Shown here piece after piece: positions 1 to 11,647 of a stretch of DNA of 52,662 nt. Position 1 is the stretch's first letter; the number at the start of each line of letters is the position of its first letter. The notes beneath the pieces were generated by a model, which made no database searches, was not told the DNA's origin, and saw only the letters and a program-made list of their open reading frames with translations. Source of the stretch: Perkinsus chesapeaki ATCC PRA-425 (lineage: Eukaryota; Protista; Perkinsozoa); assembly GCA_013115145.1 (NCBI GenBank), contig JAAPAO010000207.1, positions 1 through 52,662 of the forward strand. The letters are read 5' to 3'. A program made the position numbers and the translations under genes.

Positions 1-1136
1 CGTAGATGTGAGTTATATTTGTTTTAGGCAGTTGTTATTTGAAACTTACTTTGAGAGTTTCGCTCGTAAGAGCTGCCCCCAGTGATTGTTTCGTCTCATC
101 GATCCCCTCACTGCGTCTACTCCGTTCTGGTTATCGACTCTACTCGGTTATTAGAACGCAGGCCTCAATGGACAAGTATCTGGTTTATTGCTTTGCGCGT
201 TTGAGTTGGTGACAGTTCTACGGAACAGCAGAGGCCGATGAATGTTGCTCGTTCTTCGTGCATATTGGTGAAGACAAAGCGAGAAGGGGATTGACAAAGA
301 CTTCTTACTTGGCACACTTCTGCAAGGAGAAATGGCTGAGCACGTATGTACAACGGAGCCGGTGGCGCACAATGGGTAACACAACCAGGAGAACTAAGGA
401 AATGCCGATTAATCCTTGAAACCTAAGATCTAGTTCTAGAATTTAAAACGAAGATGAAGCAGTAAAAACCACGAGTGATAACAATGGCAGAAAAGTTTCT
501 GGCAGCATCTTGAGATAGCATGGAAGAATGGACAATATGGAGGTGAAAAATAAAGGAGTTGGGGTGAACAGAGCAATCAAAAAGCGAAAGATGAGAAGCC
601 TAATAAGGACAGCAGGGAGGAATAAAAGCGTGGTATAACTATTAATAGACAGAAGAGTAAAACCAGGTTTCGCTCTAGCTGACGCCGTCAGCCTGACGGG
701 TCTGCAGTCGGCAATTCACAGTGATACAGTCGTGTGGCACAACCTAGAGTATTTACCGTAAAACACGACATTACTTTGATTTATATGAAAAATGGGCCAT
801 TTGAGTGACTCCATGTCTTAATACCATCTCTTTAAGTTTCTAGTCCGAGCCTACTACACATAGCAATGAACCGTTAACCCTGGTATTGAGTTAGACCTGG
901 GTTAAAATGCAGTCTTACCGCATAGCTTTAAACAATAAAAAAGTGAGGGCAGATCAGCAGACGGCCTCACATTTGCTCACCAAGCAGAGTCTGGTGACCA
1001 GACACGCTGGCTCGATAAGTCAAGTAGAAAAAGAATATTTCAACAAATTAGTGTTGAAGACCAGCGATTCGACTTGATATTTTCATTAAAGAGGAGCTCG
1101 GAATCAGGATAGGGGTTTTGAGCCATTCCGGCGACA

Positions 1137-1526
1137 TCAGCACTTGCCTTCCACCAGATCCACCATCTTATCTTGAAAATCCACCCTCATAGTTTTATAG
1201 TTGTCAACGGTGAAAAGTATGCTGAAGTCCTCTTTAGAACGAGCTGGTCTCAGGCCACATTGGTCGTATACATTCGCGATATAACCGGCAAGATCATTCT
1301 TGCTGCTAGATTTGATTACAAATGGCTGTTCGACGTATTTCCTGGAATATGTCAATCCAGGCGAACCGACCTGTCGACCTCTGCAGTGAACGACCAACTC
1401 GACTTTCGTTGAGAGCTTAGCTGAGGCATCAGAACTGATTTGTGAGCACTGCTGCTTCTTATCGGTGTACCCCATATAGGTTCTGGTTTCGCATGTTGCA
1501 GACCACAGTATGGATAGCAGAACCAT
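1137..1526 (-). CDS. Small putative secreted protein (129 aa), unknown function
   Basis: Intronless ORF with a hydrophobic N-terminus (MVLLSILWSAT) and scattered Cys. No family recognised. Confidence 0.5.
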   Translation of the reverse strand: MVLLSILWSATCETRTYMGYTDKKQQCSQISSDASAKLSTKVELVVHCRGRQVGSPGLTYSRKYVEQPFVIKSSSKNDLAGYIANVYDQCGLRPARSKEDFSILFTVDNYKTMRVDFQDKMVDLVEGKC

Positions 1527-2714
1527 GATGGTTCAACCATCACGCCTAGAATCATGTTATTGTTGTTGAACATTATGGTGTAGGCAGGGTCGAACAGGGT
1601 CGATTATCAAATACGGGGCGAAACAACTAAGTAAAGAAGAAGACTACGTAAAACCTAATCCTTCGATCAGTCTCAGCCTCCATAATATGCCATGGACTCC
1701 ATTGGAGTCCATATGCTCGCGTGCTAAAAGCGCATGCGTGCATCGCCAGGGTGGCGCTATGGCCACGGCTTTGTCTTCGCCGACTCTGAGTATTTTCAGA
1801 ATGTGATAGGTTACGAAGTGTAGCATAGGCATCTACTCATGATAATTACGAATGCTGAAGTCTCATTACTGACCGAATAAGAGAAGGAGTCAACAGGAAG
1901 ATTGCATAACTTCGCCGTGTTCAGTAGAAAATTTGACCTACGCCACGGAGTGACTCCTTTGCAGTCTATGGCGCTCACAGTTGTCATAGCTAAGTGATGG
2001 TTTGTCTAGTTGCACGCTTGGTAATCCTTCCTATTTCTGCCGATCTCGATAGTGATGTGCCATATCACCTCGAGCTTGCAGAGATGCATCAGCAGTGTCA
2101 TCCTCACCTCTCCAGTACTCAGTACTGAGTACTGCATGGATGCCACTGTTCTCCTGGAGATTCTCTAGTGGAGGAGTTCAATGGCGCTTGAAGCTAGCGC
2201 CGGGCGCTAACTTAAACTTGATAACTTTATGACTCATAAATTATGAGGATGATTGAATGTCCATCATCCGTGTACTGTCCCATTGATTCTAGGCAACAAT
2301 CGCGGAGCAAGCGAAGTTTGCACTGCAAACGGATCGGCCCCGTTAGTTGCTGTGTGTGGAATCCACCTCGTTTACTTGTACGGTACAAGTTGTACCTTCT
2401 TGCGGGTACCATTGTGTAGGGTTGGGCCTGCTTGAGGTGTGCCCGACTGCAGAACTCGAGGCCATATTACTGATATGATATTAGTCTCAGAAGAATAGAA
2501 AAACGCTGACTCTCACATTTTTCAATGAATCTAGTTACTAGTCCTTCTACGGACTTGACTAATCATAGCGATATACGCAAGAACAATGGCAATGAGCAAG
2601 CGGCGCGTCACATCTGCGCATGCGTGCGGAAAATGTGCGGACTAGGGAACATCCTAAACTCTCACACATTCTAGCTTAAAATTGTAGCTTTCCGTGGTTG
2701 CGTACGGTGCGGCA

Positions 2715-2837
2715 TACGGCGAGTTTATCGAGGTGTTACGGAGTACGGTACGGCGTACGGCGAGTTTATCGAGGTGTTACGGAGTACGGTACGGCGTACG
2801 GCGAGTTTATCTAGGTGTTACGGAGTACGGTACGGAC
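2715..2837. repeat. 41-bp tandem repeat, 3 copies
   Basis: Unit tacggcgagtttatcgaggtgttacggagtacggtacggcg repeated head-to-tail without spacers. Confidence 0.9.
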
Positions 2838-2869
2838 TCCGTACTACGTATTACGGAGATGAGACGTTA

Positions 2870-4990
2870 CAGTTCACCTCTGGTGGCCTATGAACGCCGC
2901 GGCGTTCATTGCCGTAGCGGCAATGCCGTTGATGCCATCAACTACAAGAAGGCATTGCTAAGAAGCGTCAGCAGCCAGCTAAGAGGTCCTCAAGTACGCA
3001 GACTGATAACATTTCGCAGCCTGGTGAATTGCTGGCCATTCTCGAGGAGGCCACTGCGGCTCCGAGCCTGCTTCTGAAGCAGGCTTAGCATGCTCAGGTA
3101 CCCCTAAGGCATTGAAGCAGTGCGTCAATGTCCTCCGCACCGCGGTGTCACCATTGATAGCTATAGCACCGTTGGGTGCTTGGCCGGTATCTCTCCTATA
3201 GTTGACGACTTTGCCATCGAGGAGGCCACTGATGTTAAGATAGATGCTCGCTCTGAGGTTGAGGAGAGTACGTCTGAAGTCTCTGTCTACGATACTGAGC
3301 TCTACCCTCAAGGCCCTCGCGACCTGCTTGTCTCGGTTGAGAAAGGCCCGGCGGTGCTCAAGGACGGTACTACCACTTCTGCCAGCCGGATGACTATGCA
3401 GCTACCCTTCATCTTCCCTCAAAAGGGTCCTCCTTTTCGCCTCGAGCAGCTTATTCGGCGAGACTTCGCCCTTCTCAGCAGGCTACAGCAATCAGGCCAT
3501 CTTAAGCTCTATGATAGCTTGATTGATTCTTTCAAGAAGGCTGGTTATATTCGCCCGGTAGCGGTGTCCGATGTCAAGGCTGATGACAGCGGGTGTACCG
3601 CGATTCATCCATTATTGTTTCGTCCATGGCATGTTCCGTCCAGGATTGTTTCGCCCAGATCGCAGTTTATCCAGGAGCGTTTCGTCCTCTGTGATTGTGC
3701 TCGTTTCGTACACATTTGTTTCGTCCATGTAGGGTTTCGTCCACGATTGTTTCGTTCATGCTTGCTTCATGCAAAGATGTGCTGACAATGCGCATTTCGT
3801 ACATGACTTTCTCGTCCAATAGACATTCCTCCACGCTTGTTACATTCGCAGAACATGCTGGGTCTATTAGAAACCTGGTATGAGATAATAGATAGGATAA
3901 GTAATCTTGAAATAACCCGAATGTTAATTATCCGGTTGAGTGGAATATGCGGAGCGAAGCGCATGATGTTTGGTAGATTTTGATACGTCGCGACGTTTTC
4001 AAACATAACCCGACGAAGAAAGTTGAACTTGAAGGTGCGCGTTAGTCCAGTTGGTTAAACGGGACTACAGGTGCCGTCACGGAATCACATACGTCAAAAA
4101 TTGGCGTGGACGAAACGAGCATGTACGAATCGAAATGTCCATGTACGAAGCGCATATGGATGGAACAGGCTGATTTAGAGCGAAAATGGAAGAAACGGAT
4201 TAATCCAGCCGATGGTCCAACTCGTGCTCGTCTTATCCCCGACCTCCTTGAAGAACGGCGACAATATTTTGAAGCCCTGCTACTGCAGCCCTTTCGCCCG
4301 CTATGCTTCTGGAATACTGCTTATATCTCCACTAGCTTCGCCGAGGCCCCGGAGGATGTAGATACAACTTATGTTGTCCGCTGTAGACAACAACCCGCTT
4401 CCTGGTCCTGATGCTCCCGAACTTCGGGACCCGAAGACTTTTCAAATGATCTTATTGATAAGATCAGGTCCTGCCAAGTGGACGACCCTTTCTGCAAGAA
4501 CATTGTCAAGGCCTTCGAAGGGAACTGTCCGGAGTTCTCTGCTAGCTACCTCAGTAACCTCTACTTGAGGTCCTCAAGAAGTTCTTCCATGTTGGTGACG
4601 ATGGTATCATCTTGCATACTATTGAAGCCCCTGAAGAACGGCCTATATTTGTTCCCTCGGCCCTTGCTGAGGAGGTAGCTGAAGCTGTTCGCGTCTGTGC
4701 TAAGCATCCCGGTCGTGATAGAACCCGTCAGCTTGTTGGTCGCTATTCCTGGTGCAAAGGTCTCTACAAGCTTGTCAACCGTATCGTTTGCTCTTGAGAT
4801 ACGTGCCATCGCGGCAAGTCCTCCAGGTTGCATCGACACTTTCTTGGCCAAGCACGTGTCCGCTCTTCTCTTTCTGGTGAGCTACTTGGTGTTGACTTGC
4901 TCGTTTATGATTCAACTGCTGCTGACAATATTAGCCCTTGGAGTGCCGAAGTTGATACTGCCTTGCAAGCTTCTGGTCTCGGCTCTGAGA
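2870..4990 (+). mobile_element. Degenerate LTR retrotransposon pol remnant (BEL/Pao-like pre-RT segment plus integrase H2C2 zinc-binding segment)
   Basis: 3120-3590 reads RMTMQLPF...LLSRLQQSGHLKLYDSLIDSFKKAGYIRPV, resembling the segment before RT in BEL/Pao pol. ~4450-4815 reads IRSCQVDDPFC...HPGRDRTRQLVGRYSWCKGLYKLVNRIVCS*DTC, an integrase zinc-binding motif with a frameshift and a stop where a Cys is expected. No RT core seen. Confidence 0.7.
3600..4205. mobile_element. Non-autonomous, MITE/foldback-like insertion with inverted subterminal repeats
   Basis: About 10 copies of a GTTTCGTCCA-like motif on the left (3615-3805). Inverted TGGACGAAAC-like copies on the right (4105-4200). Interrupts the retrotransposon coding sequence. 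Exact ends not resolved. Confidence 0.5.
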
Positions 4991-5009
4991 AAAACTCTGA
5001 TGCCTTGCT

Positions 5010-5420
5010 AAGTGTACGACTTGAGAGTGTACGAGTAATCTGTAGCATTCGATGCATGAGTATTGTGTGTATGGGTGTTCGATGTATGAGTATTTAGTGT
5101 ACGAGTTGAAAGTGTACGGCTCTTCAGGGTACGGGCTGTAAGTGTACGAGTATTCGAGACATGAGTCGAAGATTTACGAGTTTTCAGTGTGCGAGACGTG
5201 AACACCCCCACAGTTGGAGATACCCCCGAGTCCGCGGTAGACTCACCCGGTAGTCTACCCAGTAGACTCACGTGGCAGACTTCAGCCCCAGCCAAACGCA
5301 TTGAGCGCCTTGGAGGAGCTGTCTGGTCCTGAGATAGACCACCATTACCAATATTAAGTGGGTGTTGTTGACCATGCATACAATGTGCTCGTTGAATATG
5401 TGGTTGAACCCGGTTCAATG
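5010..5420 (-). mobile_element. Possible 3' end of a second LTR element (pol C-terminus, purine tract, LTR)
   Basis: Minus strand reads PRRSMRLAG, then gtggggg followed by TGTT at ~5204, then degenerate short repeats typical of LTR interiors. Confidence 0.3.
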
Positions 5421-5699
5421 AACCGTAGATAGAGGGTTGGCGTTAGAGTTGGCCATCCCGGTAGAAAATTCGTTAGTTGAACGCAAGGGATCCAAGTTGT
5501 GGATAAAAATAGCAGTATATGTACTCTAACCAATACACCAAAACAACTGACACTCAACGCAACCATTTCCATTATTAACAACAACGATTGGTAAATAACA
5601 AGCGACATGCAACACTACGGCATCGGCAAAGTGCTCATCTTCGAGCCTCCTCCTACTATAGAGGGATGGAGGCCCGACTCGGCTCCTGGTGGGGCCGCT

Positions 5700-8600
5700 A
5701 GGGATCTTGTCCAGGGACCGCTCGCCATTAAATTCGCCGGCGATGCGTTGGCACCTCCTAAAGAAGATTAATAATGCAATACTAGGTCTTCGTGACGAAG
5801 CGGCGAAGCTCGTTCAGCTGTTATTTTGCTCGTTGTTAGTTCGTCATCACACGCGTAGTGCTTTGGAGGTGCGAGCGAATGATCAAATCGCGCGGAAACG
5901 ATTTAGAGAAGTCGTGGGTTCGAATCTCACAGGCCGCATTTTCCGTCAAATAATGTTTTTGGTAGCTTTCAAAAAATTACTAATTTTCTTGGCATCCCCA
6001 GAGGGAGGGGAGTCTTTTCGTCTACAGGTCATCAGCCAGTTCGCTCTGGTTAACGAGAAATAATTCGTGCGCACGCACGCACGGCGAAATGATCCATCTC
6101 CAGATAATAAGCTCCGCTCGCTTCGCTTGCTCCGCAATTAATCTTACCCAACAGATATCATCTTTTACATATCTTTTTCACATTTAAGTTTTCTCTTTTA
6201 TTCCGAAGAAAGACAAATTTTCCCAACTTTTTCGAAATTTTATAAAATTTTCCGAAAAGAAAGCAATTTTCCTCGTTTTCCCCGCAAGACTCACCCATGC
6301 CTTGAATGCGGATTTCCTGATGCCGCAATTGCCTCTCCTGCTCGCTCAAAAGCAGCTGAGCTTCTCGGAGCTCCCCTGAGATGCAAGCGTCAACCTAAGA
6401 TACCTCGAAAATGCTCTTTACGTTGCAACTGCGTATTGTCCTGAGCAAGGTGATTCGTCGATACAACCAGCTCTTGAAGCTTAGAGTGATACCTGATGCA
6501 CACACAATTTCGCGGCGCGTGACTGTCCACAGCTTTCCAGGTGTTCCTACAAACACAGTGCGAGCGAGAGACGTAATAGCGAACGTAATACGATGTTCCT
6601 CTTTTGATAAATAAAGCGCGAATAACTCCAAATGATACCATCTCCCTGGCCGGTGCACGAGAATCCCGGGAGATTTCTCCAAAAAGGCGACAGTGCTTCA
6701 CCCGACAAGCGACTTGAAGATGACATACCTATCGCTCAAGATTCTCACTTGCAATCCTACTTTGATTGGAACAAAACATCCTATACGAACTAATGTAGAT
6801 TTCATCAAATCAGCCGATCGGTAGTCACACGGACGCTGGAGGCTTTCTCGCCTGCCACTCATGATATCTAGTGCGGGTCTATCCGAGAGCGCTTATGAAC
6901 CATATACGCTCTTTGGCGACGAAATAATTTTTGTCAATTTTCGAGGGATTACACAACAGTTGGAGTCGACCAAGTACTCCACAAATGAGCCTTCGGCTCC
7001 AGAAACCTACTGAAGCACGAAAATTATCACCATTTGACCCAGGGGCTTCGGCCACCTTCGAGGCTCGGGGCGTTAGAAGTTTTCTCCACCCGGAGATAAG
7101 CCGGAAATTACTCCATAAGATATGCTACTTGATTATGAAAGATGTAAAATATACGAAACTAGACTTAAGAAAATAAACATGCAAATTACTAAATTTAACA
7201 TCAAATACATTCCTTCCTATAACATCTAGTTCTCCTCTATCAGTCCCCGTTTATCACCATTCTAGCTCCAGCTGCAAATGTCTACAATCTTGCTGAGTGA
7301 GTAGCAACTCCTGATAGACCTCTTGAGAGGCTCCCCCTCCACCAACCGGGGAGCCTGCCATGCCCATACCACCACCAAACATGCCTCCGCCGCACTGCTG
7401 GAGCATCATATCCTGAAAAAAAGACGAAACACTTCAATCACAAATTTCAAGACGTTTCCAAATAGAATGAATTTTTTCATATCGATACACACATACAGCT
7501 CCATCCAGCCTGACAAGATCCTTGTGACCAAAAGTTCGAGCGCTTTCCCCACGACGAGGTATAGTAAGGAATTTGACAGGAAATTTTTGTCAGTCGTGCG
7601 GAGAAGAAGCATTAAGTACGTCGCGCATGCGCAGCGCAAGAGCGAAGTTTCTTCAAATACACACATTTTGAAGACCTTCATTTTTAACACCGTCATTTTC
7701 GGTACCTTTTTCGAGACTCGTATTTCTAATTCGGCGTAGTTTTGAGATCGTCGTTTCTGGGCGCAGCGGTTATTTCTGATTCTGATCAGCTCATTTTTCG
7801 CCCGAAACGCTTGAAATACTCGTCGAACGAGCGAGCAGCTTCCGAAGGTTTGCTCGAATGATGACTATAGGGCGAATTTCGCAAGAGAATGATAGGAAAT
7901 GCTCGAAAATGGTTCGTGAAAGTCAGGTAAACTTTACACGAAATTTGACATGTGCTGTAAAGAAAAAAATAGCACCCAAAATAACAGAGCCCAGATAGCT
8001 CAGTTGGGAGAGCGCCAGACTGAAGATCTGGAGGTCCTCAGTTCGATCCTGGGTCTGGGCATTTTCATTAAATACTCTTCAAACCTCATATCTGCCTTTA
8101 CTACGTGATACTCTACAACGAATTCACGTCTCTCGAGACGCGTCTCGCCACCACTGAACCGCTACGTCGCACTCGACTCGAGTATCCTCTCATTTCTCCC
8201 CAATTTAGAATATCAGATTTTCCTACAACCTATAGCCCAACGCTGGAGGATGCACTTCTCGGGATTCTCATAATCTCCTCCAAAACTGAAACCGGTTATT
8301 TGTTTTTCTATTAACAATCATCCCTGTCATTTATCACTCTATAACTCCTGTCAAATAATTTTCTTGCTCACCTTCTGAACTATATCCGACTTCAACTTCG
8401 CAATCTCCCTCGTGAGTCCTCCGATATCAATATCGCCGCTCTGCAATAGACACCATAAATTCATCGACGAGAGCTATATGTGCTCAGTCTCCAGAGACGA
8501 GAAGTATTCAGGGTTTCACAAGAAGTATCGGAGAATCTTATTATCAATAATATCGATCCAATTAATAATATATTGATAATAATTCATTATCCATCGTCCA

Positions 8601-10760
8601 GTCTTTAGTGGATCGGTCTATCTGGTTTAATGGATCCTGCGACACCTCAAGAAGAGGTTTTGATGTCGTCGGCCCTTGAAAATAATGCAAGTGCTGGATT
8701 AATAGGAAGAAGGTTAGTTGTGGGATGAGCAGTATGATCCATATTAGGTTTTTTGTATGACAGCAATATTCTTAGTATTATGCGGAATACGTCCCCGTCG
8801 AAAAACATTCATGAATGTTAGTTCAGAAATAAATTCGTAAAATACATTTACATTTCATACCAACTTTTCTTCAAAAATACTCGCTGATGCGGCTTTTGCT
8901 AATAATGAATACGAACATGCAAAATTTGATAGAAAATATGTTTCTAATAAAACATCTCTTTTGCGAACATCCAATATTCCTCCTCACCTGGAACCTCGCC
9001 ATCTGTGTGTTTAACTCGGTTATAGTTTGATTCGCTGCACGGATCTCCGCGTCTTTCGCCATCAGTTGCTGCTGCTGCATCATCACATCCATCCCACCGA
9101 CACCTAAACATCACGCTCGTTACCGACTTGAGAAAAAATTCTACCGCGTCGTCGTAGCTACTATACTGGATTTTACCCCAAGTAAAAAAGTCATAATAAT
9201 TTTATAACGGGTAGTATGGATAGTGCAAAGGCTGGCGTATCTCCGAGCTAGACACTTTTAGGGCAGAGGTGTGACGGGGATCAGCAGAGCTAGAAATCTG
9301 CACGCATGCGCTCATGGACAGGAAACAACCAATGGGCATAACTTGTACTACAACAATTTCAGTTATTCATTTAATGTGTCTGGTAAGAAGAAGTTGATAA
9401 TAGTCTGATATATTTCACTAAATATGAAATTCTGGCACGAGCCACTTGAAGGATGCGATGTAAACAGATCGACGGTGTAACACTTGACATTGGTTCATAC
9501 ATCACCATTGCTCCTATCAGTGCACGAGCTGGATTCGTTCGTCGCCGAGAAAAGAAAAAATTCCCCACGGCAGTAAAATGGATATTCCGTGAGTATTGCG
9601 CTGCGCATCAGAAGACCCCAGGTTCGATCCCCGCACCCTGCACCTACCCATCGGATTTGAAGCCAACATGCTCATCCTGGATACCGTCGAAAACGCATCA
9701 GCCGAAGCGCCGGGTGCAGCAGCTCCCGCGCCAAGCGTCATCTGAAAACCCTAATTTCCGACCACCAAAAACCCGGGTTTTCTGTTGCCCACTTTTTGCT
9801 GTTGCACAAACATCATCAACGTCGTATACTGACTCGCCAACTGATCCACAACTTGTTGAATGGACGCCATCTCATCAGCGAGCTCAACGAAATTCGGGGG
9901 ACCGCCTGCGTTGAGAAAATGCAAGATTGCAAGATTTCCGCTTACCCTCGCCCTCTGGGATCTCTCCTGATGCTATCCCAACTGCCTGTATGACATCCTC
10001 TAGGATAGCCGCCATCGATTCACCCTGCTCGGCAGTCAGGCCCATCCGCTGCCCTGAGGGAAAATCTATGCGGTGCGGTCGTTGTGGAATCTTCCGGATG
10101 AGCAAAATCTTCAGGGTGCGCACTTGAGTATATCTTGTCGAGTGTCGGATAGGAAATATCATAGAACAGTCAAAATATATTTTATGAAAAGTAATATTAT
10201 TAATTATATTAATATTAGTTATTCAATAATTACCGCCAGTTGTTGATTAATACAATTTAAAACAAACAAGAAAAAATATTTGACGCATCGAAGAGGAGGG
10301 ATCACTTCTTGATTCTAACAGTAACATTTTCCGCCGGTTTTCCCATTATATTGTGAGGAGGTAGCAAAATGCCATAGTCCATTCCCCATCTCAAAAAAAT
10401 GACACTCCACATGGCAAAATTTTCCCGGAAAATTTTCCCCAAAATTTTCCTCACCTGTAGCCGAGTCCGTCATGACATTCGCCCGCTGAGCAATCCTATT
10501 GCAGATTCTCAACGACGAGTTCGCAACATCAACAACACTGCACGCACTCGTCATCTCGCTCGCAAGACTCTGTAGCTGCTCACAAACCGGCGGCACCAAA
10601 TTAGCTGACAATGAAAAGCGCGCGCCCGAGTGATCGATTTGCTATTAAAGCCGAAGAACGTACCGGAGCCTTCCTTGGGACCGCCGATGGCCGCAGCGAG
10701 GGAATCAAGAATGCACTCAATTGGCTCGGCGATTGACAGCAGCGCTGTCGGGTAGACCTG
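5700..10760 (-). CDS. One or more multi-exon coiled-coil hypothetical genes, boundaries unresolved
   Basis: GT-AG bounded exons give coiled-coil-like peptides: RYHSKLQELVVSTNHLAQDNTQLQR|ELREAQLLLSEQERQLRHQEIRIQGM (6290-6510), GDIDIGGLTREIAKLKSDIVQK (~8375-8440), MDVMMQQQQLMAKDAEIRAANQTITELNTQMARFQ (~8990-9092), VYPTALLSIAEP...GS|ANLVPPVCEQLQSLASEMTS (10455-10760). Confidence 0.45.
7989..8061 (+). tRNA. tRNA-Phe: tRNA-Phe (GAA)
   Basis: Complete 73-nt cloverleaf GCCCAGA-TA-GCTC AGTTGGGA GAGC-G-CCAGA CTGAAGA TCTGG-AGGTC-CTCAG TTCGATC CTGGG-TCTGGGC-A, followed by TTTT (Pol III terminator). Confidence 0.97.
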
Positions 10761-11647
10761 GAAAATAAGGTAGATAATTATAAAATATTAAAAGGAAATA
10801 TTATACTACCTATACAAAGGTAATATATATATTAACTTTATAGTAAAAAAATAAAATAAAAGTAAATCTGATGGTGAATTGTAAATCTAAGAGAATTCGA
10901 CAAGTGAATGAAGAACTAAGAAAGAAGGAATGAAGAATTTCGTCCGGTAGGTAAAGTGGTGTGAAAACATAGGTCTCTGTGATGAACAAAAAATCGGAAT
11001 TTTTACCATCAAGTTGAATTCTTCGTGCCACGGACCTTGGCATGAAACGGTTGATCGATTTAGAAAATATTACTGAGTAAGCTTGAAAAAAATAAAAATA
11101 AAATTAAAACTGACAGACCGGGGGCGTATTTTCAAGCAATTAAAACGGAAGAGTCATCTACAATCTCCGATGTTACTCGGTAGCGAAGAATCTTCGAAGG
11201 AGGAGAAGAAAAATAATGGTGATGCGGAGGAGAGAGGGGATAAACTAAATTATTATACACGAAAAATCCTGAATTCCTCATGAAAACTTTCCAAAATTTC
11301 CAAAAAAACTAAATTTTCAAGAAAGTTTCCTGAATTTTATGAAAATTCTCCAAATTTCCTTTACCATAAGAAAACATCAATGCGTTCCTTCTGGGCATAC
11401 TAACATCATCTGATCATCATTCGCCTTCACCATTTCAATACCAAATTAGTAAGACCCGAGAATTCGGTCTCGGTTTTACTTAAATAGGTCCGGAAACGGT
11501 GTAGTTCGAATGCTTCTCACCCTCTTAGAAAAAATTTTAAAAAATCTTCGTAAATTTTCCAAAAATCTCCCAGACTTTGCGAGAATTTCGTAAATTTTCT
11601 TAAAATTCCCAAAATTCTCCTCTTCCTCTAATTCGGATCCTTCTCAC

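Noticed and set aside
2715-2837. 41-bp repeats as a CRISPR array or coding repeat (ORF 2694-3077)
   Set aside because: Head-to-tail minisatellite without spacers. The ORF is a by-product of the repeat.
11487-11521. ggtccggaaacggtgtagttcgaatgc as another tRNA-Leu-like intron
   Set aside because: The B-box is imperfect and I could not build an in-frame splice around it.
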